DNA from: an uncultured Gammaproteobacteria bacterium
Lineage (GTDB): Bacteria; Patescibacteriota; Patescibacteriia; Patescibacteriales; UBA12465
Direction of reading: 5' to 3'
DNA: 64,000 nucleotides
Assembly: GCA_964470695.1 (NCBI GenBank)
Contig: CAYYDR010000002.1
Location: forward strand, 72,401-136,400
The notes beneath the pieces are model-generated. The model did no database searches. It was not told where the DNA came from and was given only the letters and a program-made list of their open reading frames with translations. The number at the start of each line of letters is the position of its first letter. Position 1 is the stretch's first letter. Shown here one piece after another: positions 31,511 to 40,113 of the stretch. The position numbers and the translations under genes are program-made.

Positions 31511-34500
31511 ATGACTCTGAAAAATAAATTAGGATTAATAATTACCGCGAGCCTAGTCGCCGGCTTTTTCTTGACTTTAAATTCCCAGGCCCAATATTCT
31601 TCCAGCGGTACAGCGGGGACGGTTGAGAGCCCGGACGCTATTGGTGTCCGGGTGGTTCCTAATCCTAATCATTATAGTATTACTCGCTGGTATGAAAGCC
31701 AAGGTTTCCAGGGCTCGCCCCAGGCTTTGCTAGTTGACGGCTATGAGGCGATTAGAGACGGCCGGACAGTTTATGTTAGCGCGGCTAATATTGATCAGAA
31801 TAGCAAAAAAATATATACCAATATCTACTTGATTTCTTATAATCAGGATTCAGCGGCTAAGACAGTGGATATTCTCGGGCAGATTATCAGCCATTGGAAA
31901 TTTAATAGCAATTTAGTGGAAAATGGCGTCCCGACTTGTTCAATTTCCTCGGTGAGCTGTCTGACTGACAGCGAGTGCGGAACTGATCAATTTTGCGCCC
32001 CCGCTAGTACGGCTTACGCTAGCAGCGGCATTGCTTCCAGTTCTTGCGCCTTAAAGACGGCGAAAAATTGTTTAGTTGATTCAGATTGTCCAGCTAGTTT
32101 TTTCTGTAATAGTTTAAAAGCTAAAATTACTAGAGACATGAAGCGTATCGGCCGGCTTGAAGAATTGAAAGAAGCGCTATTTAATTATAAAAAAGCTAAT
32201 GGCCGCTACCCGACTTTATCAGCCGGCACCTACTTGCCGGGACATACTGTTTCCCTCTGGCCTAGTTGGTCGCAGACATTTTTGCCTAATTTAGCGGTTT
32301 CGCAAAATTTTTTAGATCCGGTTAACCGCTTAGGCGCTTGTCCTGGCTATGACGCTAAGACCTGTTGGAATAAAGAGACTCAAAAATTTGCTTATAACCC
32401 CACTGGTAATTCTTTAGTTTTACCGGCTGATAGCCAGGCTTTAGTCTACTCGGTTGATAGCCAGGGATCAAATTATAATTTATGCGGAACCATGGAGAGC
32501 CGCGAATCATCTTTGGGCGGCTATCAGTTTGATTTGAATAATCCTACTTTATCGCCCTGCGTTTTAGCGACCGGCATTGCCTCCGGCGGCCAGGCAACTA
32601 ATACTCCGCCGCAGCTGGTAGAAAAATCTTTAATCGGCGAAGCTAATCAGGAATTTAATGGCTTTATTAAAGTTATTGATAAAGAAAATAATCCTTTAGC
32701 TTGGACTCTGAACACTTATTCGTCCAGCGGTTGGGCGGGTTGGTCGGGCGCGCCGATTTTAAAAGATACTAGTAATCCTAATCAGAAGAAAGTTTATGCT
32801 AGTAAGGCGGGTAGCGCCGGTACTTATAACATGACCTTAACTGTGACCGACGGCCAAGGCGGGACGCTCACTACTTCAACGCCGATTAAAATTTTATCAT
32901 CCATGATTAGCATAGAGGCGGATGATGAAGACTATGTTTTGGATCCAATCAACAAGCTGACTTATGACTTTTCGTTTACCAGTAATAATCTTAACTCGGC
33001 TTCTCCGTCTTTATATTCAGTCACTAGATATCCTGAAGCTTGTTTGCCGGGCAGCACTAACTGCACTAACGGGACTTTTGACATACTATCTGTTTTAACT
33101 AAAGCGCCTTTGGCGCAAGTCGCTAGCAATACTTATAAAGTATCTTATAGTGGCTTAATTCCGACTACTCAGATATTTACGAAGGACACCGACTTCAAAT
33201 ATAAAATTACCGTGACTGATAAATCAGGTAATTCGGCTGATAAAGATTTTACTATCAGGGTAAAATTAGATAAGCCGCTTATGGAGGCGGATTGCCCGAC
33301 GGCTATTCGTAAAGACATGTCTTACGGCTGTTACCTGGGGCCAGCTAGGCAGGGGAATTTTAATATTAATTATTCCGCTACCGGTTTGCCAGCTGGTTTA
33401 AGCGTTGTTAATCAGAGCCAGAGTTTAATCGGAACGACGACAGCCATTACCACAGGGACGCTGATAACGCTTAAGGCTACTAATGATTACGGCGTGTATT
33501 CAACTAAGAACTTTAATTTGAGAGTTAATAATTATTGCGGCGACGGAATAAAGCAAGCGCCTAACATGGAGGAGCGCGGCGGCTTATATAATGATGGTTA
33601 TGAAGATTGCGACGGGACAGACGGGGTTATTGCTTCGGGAATTTCTAAAGATAAAGCGACACAGTATGGCTGTATGACAACCGCCGGAACTAGTCGCCCC
33701 TATCCTATTTTAACTAGAGATCAGTGTGTTTTTAGATCGCCACTAGACGGCGGCGGTTATTGCGGCGATGGCTACTGCCAGACCCAGACTAACGGCGTCC
33801 CCCGAGAAAATACCACTAATTGTCCAGAGGACTGCGGCGTCGGCGCTTCAACTATACCGCCTATTACTTTGAGTGGCAAAGTGACTGACTACATGACCAG
33901 TGATCCTTTAAGCGGAGTAAGTATTGCCGTTGTGGATGCGAGCGGGGCGCCTGTAGGCAGTAAAACTACGGATGCTAATGGTGTTTATAGTCTTAGCTTA
34001 GCCGCTTCAACTGAATTATATAGAATTACCGCCAAATTATCCGGGTATACTGATGGAACAGCTGATTTTACTCCCGATGCTAATCAGGTAATTGATTTTA
34101 GCTTGGCTTCGCCCAATCAATCAGGAGTAGCCAGAATACAGTTAAGCTGGGATAATGTTGCTGGCGCCCATCCGGATTTGGATTCTCATCTAACTTATCA
34201 TACTAACCAAGCTTTAGTGGTTCCTCTTAATAATCCTTCCCATATATATTATGCTAATAAGTGCGATGTTCATAACGGCGGGTTATGCGACTTAATAAAT
34301 AGCACCGCTCTTTTAGATAGAGACGACGTTAATGCGGGCGGCCTGTGCAGCCATACGGGGGATACCTGTAATTTTAATCAGATTAATGGTTATTATTTCC
34401 GGTGTACTAATTATCCCAACGAAAATTGCGCTGATGATAATTATGCTAAAGGATTGGAGAATGTCGGCATTAAGATTTATAAGCTCGGCAATACCTATAA

Positions 34501-34720
34501 ATATTTCGTGTACGACTGGACTCATAAAGGAAATCCTAACACCTGCAGTTTTGCCGGAGCGACAGTTAAAATTTTTAATGGCGGCGGCGCGAAAATTAAA
34601 GAATATGTCGCGACTACTACGCCAGGACGCTGTTATTGGAATGTTTTTAGTTTATCTCCAACGGGAACATCTACGGCCGCGATCACCAAGGTTGATACCT
34701 ACTCTAATAGCCAGCCATAA
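31511..34720 (+). CDS. large secreted multidomain protein (pilin-like globular segment, Ig-like/cadherin-like repeats, CGDG Cys-rich repeats, carboxypeptidase-regulatory-like beta-sandwich)
   Basis: Signal peptide. RLEELKEALFNYKKANGRYP resembles the pilin/pseudopilin core. Also GTYNMTLTVTDGQGG, YCGDGIKQ...EDCDGTDG, and SGKVTDYMTSDPLSGVSIAVVDASGAPVGSKTTDANGVYSL. Confidence 0.8.
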   Translation: MTLKNKLGLIITASLVAGFFLTLNSQAQYSSSGTAGTVESPDAIGVRVVPNPNHYSITRWYESQGFQGSPQALLVDGYEAIRDGRTVYVSAANIDQNSKKIYTNIYLISYNQDSAAKTVDILGQIISHWKFNSNLVENGVPTCSISSVSCLTDSECGTDQFCAPASTAYASSGIASSSCALKTAKNCLVDSDCPASFFCNSLKAKITRDMKRIGRLEELKEALFNYKKANGRYPTLSAGTYLPGHTVSLWPSWSQTFLPNLAVSQNFLDPVNRLGACPGYDAKTCWNKETQKFAYNPTGNSLVLPADSQALVYSVDSQGSNYNLCGTMESRESSLGGYQFDLNNPTLSPCVLATGIASGGQATNTPPQLVEKSLIGEANQEFNGFIKVIDKENNPLAWTLNTYSSSGWAGWSGAPILKDTSNPNQKKVYASKAGSAGTYNMTLTVTDGQGGTLTTSTPIKILSSMISIEADDEDYVLDPINKLTYDFSFTSNNLNSASPSLYSVTRYPEACLPGSTNCTNGTFDILSVLTKAPLAQVASNTYKVSYSGLIPTTQIFTKDTDFKYKITVTDKSGNSADKDFTIRVKLDKPLMEADCPTAIRKDMSYGCYLGPARQGNFNINYSATGLPAGLSVVNQSQSLIGTTTAITTGTLITLKATNDYGVYSTKNFNLRVNNYCGDGIKQAPNMEERGGLYNDGYEDCDGTDGVIASGISKDKATQYGCMTTAGTSRPYPILTRDQCVFRSPLDGGGYCGDGYCQTQTNGVPRENTTNCPEDCGVGASTIPPITLSGKVTDYMTSDPLSGVSIAVVDASGAPVGSKTTDANGVYSLSLAASTELYRITAKLSGYTDGTADFTPDANQVIDFSLASPNQSGVARIQLSWDNVAGAHPDLDSHLTYHTNQALVVPLNNPSHIYYANKCDVHNGGLCDLINSTALLDRDDVNAGGLCSHTGDTCNFNQINGYYFRCTNYPNENCADDNYAKGLENVGIKIYKLGNTYKYFVYDWTHKGNPNTCSFAGATVKIFNGGGAKIKEYVATTTPGRCYWNVFSLSPTGTSTAAITKVDTYSNSQP

Positions 34721-34748
34721 TTAGTAGTTGTTTAGTTTAAGCACATAT

Positions 34749-35099
34749 ATGAAAATTGATATCAAGAATATTATTAAGAATAAAAAATTTTTATTTTCCG
34801 CTTTAGGGATTTTATTAATTATTCTTATTGTTGCTCTGGCCATTATTTTTTGGTCTAAAAAATCGCCTGAGGGGGGCGAGCCTGGCAGTCTAACCGATGC
34901 TGCCGGCAAGAATTTACCTGCTCCGGAATTTTTAACTGATGAGGAAAAGGATAGCTTTGGCCTGCCGGCCGAGGTTAAGGCTCAGGCCCTGACTAGAGAT
35001 GTGAGCGGTAAAATTTTAGTTTATAAAATTATTAAATCAGATAATGATGTTGTTTTGGATCCCGCTGCCATTGGTCCGATTAGTCCTCGCCAGAAATAA
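34749..35099 (+). CDS. small N-terminally anchored protein
   Basis: ATG 34749 is preferred over the track's TTG 34728. It has one TM helix (FLFSALGILLIILIVALAIIFW) and an acidic ectodomain. Confidence 0.5.
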   Translation: MKIDIKNIIKNKKFLFSALGILLIILIVALAIIFWSKKSPEGGEPGSLTDAAGKNLPAPEFLTDEEKDSFGLPAEVKAQALTRDVSGKILVYKIIKSDNDVVLDPAAIGPISPRQK

Positions 35100-35165
35100 A
35101 ATCAGGTTTAAGCTAGCCAATCTTATTTTTATTGGTTATAATAGAAATATAATAATAGAGAAAAT

Positions 35166-35903
35166 ATGTTTAACGATTTGAACAATGCTAACAATCAGGG
35201 TCATGCGGCGGTAGACGACATTTTTGCGGAGACCGATAAGCCCCAAGATCCTAATAGTTTAGGCAACGCTAATTTATCATCCGGCATTGAGACTAAGAGA
35301 GTCGGCCTTACTTCGGACGAAGAAATAAATGAAGGAGCTTCGGCGGGGGGAGGAAAATGGTTTAAGATTATTTTAATAGTCATTGTGGCTACTATTTTAG
35401 TACTGGGCGGATATTTAGTGTATAGTAAATTTTTTAAAGCTAGTGAAGAGCCGATTGATAATTCTCCGGTCGTTAAGACTGAGCCGGCACCGGTCGCTAA
35501 AACCGAGCCTGCCCCAGTTAAAACTAGCGGTTCATTCGTTGAGCCGACTAGCGGTACTGTCGCCGCGACTAGCGCGCCAGAAATTATTCCTGATATTCCA
35601 GGGGTAAATGTTCCCGCGACTAATACTCCTGAGGTAGTTGTCCCGCCCGTTCCGGCTGCTCCCGTTGATTCTGATAATGATGGCTTAACAGATACCGAAG
35701 AGCAAGCTGCCGGCACTAATATTAATATTATTGATACGGATAATGACGGCTTAAGCGATTACGAAGAAGTTAAAATGTATAAGACTAACGCGCTCAGCGC
35801 TGATACTGATGGTGATGGTTATTTAGACGGCGCGGAAGTAAAGGGCGGCTATGATCCTAATGGCCCAGGAAAACTAAGTAAACCGGTTAGCAGTCCTAAG
35901 TAG
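35166..35903 (+). CDS. membrane-anchored protein with thrombospondin type 3-like calcium-binding repeats
   Basis: Central TM helix, Pro/Thr-rich repeats (KTEPAPVAKTEPAPVK), and then DSDNDGLTDTEE, DTDNDGLSDYEE and DTDGDGYLDGAE. Confidence 0.7.
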   Translation: MFNDLNNANNQGHAAVDDIFAETDKPQDPNSLGNANLSSGIETKRVGLTSDEEINEGASAGGGKWFKIILIVIVATILVLGGYLVYSKFFKASEEPIDNSPVVKTEPAPVAKTEPAPVKTSGSFVEPTSGTVAATSAPEIIPDIPGVNVPATNTPEVVVPPVPAAPVDSDNDGLTDTEEQAAGTNINIIDTDNDGLSDYEEVKMYKTNALSADTDGDGYLDGAEVKGGYDPNGPGKLSKPVSSPK

Positions 35904-35924
35904 ACCATAATTTTTTGTTCCTTT

Positions 35925-36119
35925 ATGTTAAGCAGCAATCTTAACAATAAGCCCCGGATGAGGCCGAAAGTTTCTAGTTCTAAGATGATGCCGAACTTGT
36001 CTCTGAATATTCATATTATGCCTCAAACCGTAAGTAGCCATTTCCGTAAATGGCTATTTTTGGGATTGTTAATTTTTGGCTTAATGGTTTTAATCGCGGT
36101 GTCTATCTTCTGGCGCTAG
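35925..36119 (+). CDS. possible small membrane protein (64 aa)
   Basis: A C-terminal TM helix preceded by the IHIMPQ motif, which resembles VHNMPS in the next ORF. It is short and unsupported otherwise. Confidence 0.3.
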   Translation: MLSSNLNNKPRMRPKVSSSKMMPNLSLNIHIMPQTVSSHFRKWLFLGLLIFGLMVLIAVSIFWR

Positions 36120-36137
36120 TTTTCCCTAACGGATATT

Positions 36138-37127
36138 ATGTTTAGCAAGAAGAAAAAAAAAGATAAAGATTTGGAACAATCTTCAGCCCAGCAGTTGAAT
36201 CAGGATTTGATTGTCCATAACATGCCCAGCTTAAAAGAATTGAGCGGCGCCTTTCTTAGCCCTGGCGCGCCTGTTTCTCCTAGCTCGGGGCCAGTGGCCA
36301 AGCCCAAGCATAAGACGGCTGGCCTTTTTATAATTATTTCTGGTTTAATTTTAATAGGGGGGTTAGCCTATGGCACTTATTATTTTATGATTGCCCCCAT
36401 GCTTACTCAGGATAAAGGGCCAGAAGCCTCGGTCGTTATTGCTCCGACCCCACCCTCTCCAGTTGAGCCGCCAGTAGAAGTTGCTGTTCCAGTAGATGTG
36501 CCGATTGTCACTCCGGCAGCGATTGATATCGCTAGCACGACTCCAGCCACAACAACTAGCGATATACTTAACGCTTCCGGCTTTAAAGATAGTGATAATG
36601 ATGGCCTTAATGATGAAGAAGAGACTATTTTAGGGACATCCTTGTCCTCGGCTGATTCAGACAATGACACTTATTCCGATATGTCGGAGCTTTTAAGTGG
36701 GTATAATCCGACTGGAGCCGGTAAAATTAGCAATAACCCTAATCTGCTTAAGTATTCTAACGCGGACTTTAAATACGAAACTATCCAGCCTAAAATCTGG
36801 ACGGTTAAATCTCTCAGCGATGGAGCGACTGTGGTATTTACGGCGCCAGACGGGTCATTAATTCAAGCTTCTGTTCAGGATAATCCTGAGAAAGCCAGTA
36901 TTCTTAGCTGGTATGAAGAGTCTTTCCCTAATGTGACGGTAACTTATGATAAAGTGCGCAGCACATATAGCTGGGAAGGCATTATGGGCGATACGGGTTT
37001 AAATTTTTATTTAGTTGGTAAAGATAGAGATAATATCTTTGTTATTTCTTATATTCCGGCGGCCGAGGGTAAAATCGCTTATCCTAATATTTTTCAAATG
37101 ATGATAAATTCTTTTTTCTTGAATTAA
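36138..37127 (+). CDS. membrane-anchored protein with TSP3-like calcium-binding repeats and a globular C-terminal domain
   Basis: VHNMPS motif, a TM helix, a Pro-rich linker, and then DSDNDGLNDEEE and DSDNDTYSDMSE. The architecture parallels 35166-35903. Confidence 0.7.
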   Translation: MFSKKKKKDKDLEQSSAQQLNQDLIVHNMPSLKELSGAFLSPGAPVSPSSGPVAKPKHKTAGLFIIISGLILIGGLAYGTYYFMIAPMLTQDKGPEASVVIAPTPPSPVEPPVEVAVPVDVPIVTPAAIDIASTTPATTTSDILNASGFKDSDNDGLNDEEETILGTSLSSADSDNDTYSDMSELLSGYNPTGAGKISNNPNLLKYSNADFKYETIQPKIWTVKSLSDGATVVFTAPDGSLIQASVQDNPEKASILSWYEESFPNVTVTYDKVRSTYSWEGIMGDTGLNFYLVGKDRDNIFVISYIPAAEGKIAYPNIFQMMINSFFLN

Positions 37128-37165
37128 AAATTTAATAGGGACTCAAAATTGCTTATTGTAATTAC

Positions 37166-37200
37166 AAAACCCCTCCGTGACGCGGAGGGGTTTATTGTTT
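37166..37200. terminator. bidirectional rho-independent terminator
   Basis: AAAA-CCCCTCCG (37170-37177), loop TGACG, CGGAGGGG (37183-37190), then TTTATTGTTT. It sits between convergent genes. Confidence 0.75.
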
Positions 37201-37249
37201 AAATAGTTATTTATTATTTTAGATGAGCTGATAGAAAGACTGAGTGAGT

Positions 37250-37834
37250 TTAAGATTTTTTACCAATTACTTTATCAATCAAGCCATATTTAAGAGCTTC
37301 ATCAGCGCTCATAAAATTATCGCGGTCGCTGTCTTTTTCTACGGTAGCAACTTTTTGCCCGGTATGAAGGGCTAGTATTTTATTCATTTTATCTTTTATC
37401 TTTAAGATATGCTCGGCGCGAATTTTAATGTCCGAAGCCTGTCCCTCAGCGCCGCCCATTACCTGATGAATCATAATTTCACTATTAGGCAGAGCGAAGC
37501 GTTTGCCGGGTTTGCCAGCCGCTAGAAGAACCGAAGCCATGGAGGCGGCTAGGCCAACGCAAATAGTTGAGACATCGGATTTTATATATTGCATCGTATC
37601 ATAAATAGCTAGGCCAGCTGAGACTGAGCCGCCCGGGGAATTAATATAAAATTTAATATCAGCGTCTTTATTTTCGGCGTCCAGAAAAAGGAATTGGGCA
37701 ATTATGATATTAGCGACATGATCATCAATCGGCTCACCTAAAAAAATTATGCGGTCCTTTAAGAGGCGGGAATAAATGTCATAGGCTCTTTCCACTGAAC
37801 CTTCTTTTTCAATTACAGTTGGAATCATTGGCAT
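37250..37834 (-). CDS. clpP: ATP-dependent Clp protease proteolytic subunit
   Basis: [24 protein letters not shown], the active-site Ser in GLAASMAS, and MIHQVMGG. Confidence 0.93.
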   Translation of the reverse strand: MPMIPTVIEKEGSVERAYDIYSRLLKDRIIFLGEPIDDHVANIIIAQFLFLDAENKDADIKFYINSPGGSVSAGLAIYDTMQYIKSDVSTICVGLAASMASVLLAAGKPGKRFALPNSEIMIHQVMGGAEGQASDIKIRAEHILKIKDKMNKILALHTGQKVATVEKDSDRDNFMSADEALKYGLIDKVIGKKS

Positions 37835-37913
37835 ATTATTGTGGCTCCCGATAAAGCGGGAATATTGATAGTCTAGAGTTTAATTATAGTTAAAATTTAG
37901 GCTTTTTAAAATA

Positions 37914-37942
37914 TTGACAAATTTAGTAATATTAGGTATAAT
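37914..37942 (+). promoter_or_regulatory. perfect consensus sigma70 promoter TTGACA-17-TATAAT
   Basis: TTGACA at 37914-37919, an exact 17-nt spacer, and TATAAT at 37937-37942. It lies 145 nt upstream of ATG 38087. Confidence 0.6.
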
Positions 37943-38017
37943 TTTCGGTTATTGGTTATTTAAAAAACATGCTAGCCATTTAGGGAATTATTTGGCTAAT
38001 ATCATATAAATTAATAC

Positions 38018-38031
38018 TTTATTTCCGATTA
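38018..38031 (+). repeat. left copy of the 14-nt direct repeat TTTATTTCCGATTA
   Basis: Identical 14-mer at 40009-40022. The two copies bracket the 38087-39850 gene together with its SD and terminator. Confidence 0.8.
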
Positions 38032-38086
38032 ACTAACTATCATCTTTCTCTTGTAAGAAGCAAGGGGAAGGACAAAAGGAGTCAAA

Positions 38087-39850
38087 ATGAAAAAGATGTT
38101 GTCACTTTTTTTGGTTGTTGTTTTTGTTGTAATCTCGTTGCCTGACACCATGAGGGCGCAGGTTGTTATGCCAATGTTTAAAGCCACATTGAGTGCGGAC
38201 TCGCCAGCCCCTAGCGAAGCTTTTATTGCTGGTAATATCCCCCCGGATATTAAGGTAATGAATATTGTTTTAAGTAGCATTAATATTGATGTAAATTTTA
38301 GCTCCTTAAAATTCCTGGTTTCTAGCCGAGGCTTTAATGCTCCATATATTGATGAGGTAATACTGGCGGATGGCGCCACGATTCTCGGTTCAGTAATGGG
38401 ATTTAAAGATTCTTGTTCCGTCTCTTTTTCTTTGCATCTACCTGCTAATACCTCTAAAGTCTTGTCTATTTATCTTATGCATGTTGCGGGAGACGGACTT
38501 ATTGAGCCGCAGGTAAAAGAAGTTGCCGGATATAATATCCAAGCGAGATATGTCTCGGCCGACATAGTTACTGGTAGCGTATTTAGATTTGTTGATATTA
38601 ATAAGATGTATTTATCATTATATTCTTATCCTACCGTTAAGGAAAATATTGTGCCGATTCTGCCGGGCCAAGAATTTTATGTTTTTGGTCACTTTGAAAC
38701 GGCTCAAGATAATTTTTTGGGTAATGCTATACAGAGCCTTAGAGCTAGCGTCGGTCTATGGGGCGGCGTTCGTAATTTGGAAAGCTTCTCTTTTACAACA
38801 CCAATCGCTATTGATGTAATGACCGGCGACTATACTTTACGCAATCAAGGTCATTTCAGTGAAAACCTAACCAATGACGAATACGCTATTTCCTGGTTCT
38901 CTAATAGCCCAAAAGACGGTATTAATGGATATCGTTTTGGTGGATTCAACGCTGTTAATAATATGAATCCGGGAGAAGAAGCTTTTATCCCGTTCAGTTT
39001 ACAGGCAGTATTATATACGCCGCAGTTTAAGGAACCAGTAACTCATTATTGTATGTTAAATGTTACTGTTAAGAGTATTGACGGCATAAGAGGCGATATT
39101 GACGGCAACGGAATTGTTAATTTAGCTGACGTCAAATATTTGCAAGATTCTTACAACGAGCATGGCGGCTTAAGCGAAAATTACACATTTAGTTTTGATA
39201 AGGTTAATGTGGGCAGAGGGCTTTTACTATTTAAGGCTACTACTCCATCACTATTGGAAGTTTGGCTATTAGGGTTGTGGGTTAATAATCACCTTGACCC
39301 CTTAGTTAAGGATTTAAATATCGGTAAGTCAATGGCTCAATATCCTATTAGCACTGTTACCGTTCCCTCAACAGGTACGACTAGCGGGAAAATACTTACT
39401 ATCAAAACTACCGGATTTGCAGTTAATGTAACTGGCCTGTTTAATGGAAAACCGTGGTCAAAGGTGGCACAGGTTACTAACGGTCAGGTAGTTGTAGAGT
39501 TGCCATCAGCAGATATGCGGTACAAGATTGAAGCCGTTAGTCTGCCAAATAGTATAACTAATGTTGAAACGGATAATAATCTCCCAGTTGAATATTCCGT
39601 TAGTCAAAATTACCCAAATCCTTTTAATCCAACAACATCAGTTAGCTACGCTCTGCCAAAACCTGGATTGGTAAAAATTCAGATTTATGATATTCTGGGC
39701 AGATTGGTAGATGTATTATTAGAAAAGGAAATGCCCGCCGGAAAGCATCAAATAAAATTTGATGCTAGCCACTTATCTAGCGGTACCTATATCTGTAGGA
39801 TTTCTGCCGGCGAATTTAACAAATCCGTAAAAATGATTTTAATGAAGTAA
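38087..39850 (+). CDS. secreted protein with dockerin-like Ca-binding repeat and C-terminal T9SS-type (Por_Secre_tail-like) sorting domain
   Basis: Signal peptide, and an AAGGAG SD at 38074-38079. GDIDGNGIVNLADV is dockerin-like. The C-terminus NYPNPFNPTTSVSYALPKPGLVKIQIYDILGRLVDVLLEKEMPAGKHQIKFDASHLSSGTYICRISAGEFNKSVKMILMK matches the T9SS type A CTD pattern. Confidence 0.8.
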   Translation: MKKMLSLFLVVVFVVISLPDTMRAQVVMPMFKATLSADSPAPSEAFIAGNIPPDIKVMNIVLSSINIDVNFSSLKFLVSSRGFNAPYIDEVILADGATILGSVMGFKDSCSVSFSLHLPANTSKVLSIYLMHVAGDGLIEPQVKEVAGYNIQARYVSADIVTGSVFRFVDINKMYLSLYSYPTVKENIVPILPGQEFYVFGHFETAQDNFLGNAIQSLRASVGLWGGVRNLESFSFTTPIAIDVMTGDYTLRNQGHFSENLTNDEYAISWFSNSPKDGINGYRFGGFNAVNNMNPGEEAFIPFSLQAVLYTPQFKEPVTHYCMLNVTVKSIDGIRGDIDGNGIVNLADVKYLQDSYNEHGGLSENYTFSFDKVNVGRGLLLFKATTPSLLEVWLLGLWVNNHLDPLVKDLNIGKSMAQYPISTVTVPSTGTTSGKILTIKTTGFAVNVTGLFNGKPWSKVAQVTNGQVVVELPSADMRYKIEAVSLPNSITNVETDNNLPVEYSVSQNYPNPFNPTTSVSYALPKPGLVKIQIYDILGRLVDVLLEKEMPAGKHQIKFDASHLSSGTYICRISAGEFNKSVKMILMK

Positions 39851-39909
39851 AATGAAGTAAAAAAGTACCTTTATTCTTGGTAAAGATCATAGATTACTTT
39901 ACTGAGGAG

Positions 39910-39943
39910 CCCTTGTTGGTCAACATGACAACAAGGGTTTTTT
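39910..39943 (+). terminator. rho-independent terminator
   Basis: CCCTTGTTG (39910-39918) pairs with CAACAAGGG (39929-39937), followed by TTTTTT. Confidence 0.75.
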
Positions 39944-40008
39944 ATTAGCTTAATAGCCTATAATCGCCCCCTTGACCTAATAAGCCTTATATATTTATCC
40001 CCTTGATT

Positions 40009-40022
40009 TTTATTTCCGATTA
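40009..40022 (+). repeat. right copy of the 14-nt direct repeat TTTATTTCCGATTA
   Basis: Identical to 38018-38031. Confidence 0.8.
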
Positions 40023-40113
40023 TTCTAAGATAAAGCCAGTTTAAGCTAATATAAAACAAGCCGGTTGAGCTAAGGCCCAGCTGGCTATATTTTACTCAAT
40101 TTAATTAAAGCGT

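Larger units (their letters stand above)
38018..40022 (+). mobile_element. candidate inserted single-gene cassette bounded by 14-nt direct repeats
   Basis: The direct repeats lie in two unusually long (~250 nt) AT-rich intergenic regions. The cargo gene carries a lineage-atypical sorting domain. No recombinase gene is present. Confidence 0.35.

Noticed and set aside
35201-35716. Long antisense and out-of-frame ORFs in the track, for example 35201-35716(-), 40344-40853(-), 46645-47217(-), 5815-6183(-), 1525-1755(-), 17343-17630(-), and the many 60-130 aa ORFs inside 22895-34720.
   Set aside because: Each lies entirely inside a longer ORF that has clear family motifs or a coherent domain architecture. 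Their translations are low-complexity or hydrophobic shadows typical of antisense frames.
39951-40010. The repeated CCCCTTGA motif downstream of the T9SS-CTD gene, considered as -35 elements or an attC-like site.
   Set aside because: The spacing to -10-like hexamers is poor for the first copy. I see no integron-type R'/R'' core sites (GTTRRRY) or paired L/R boxes.
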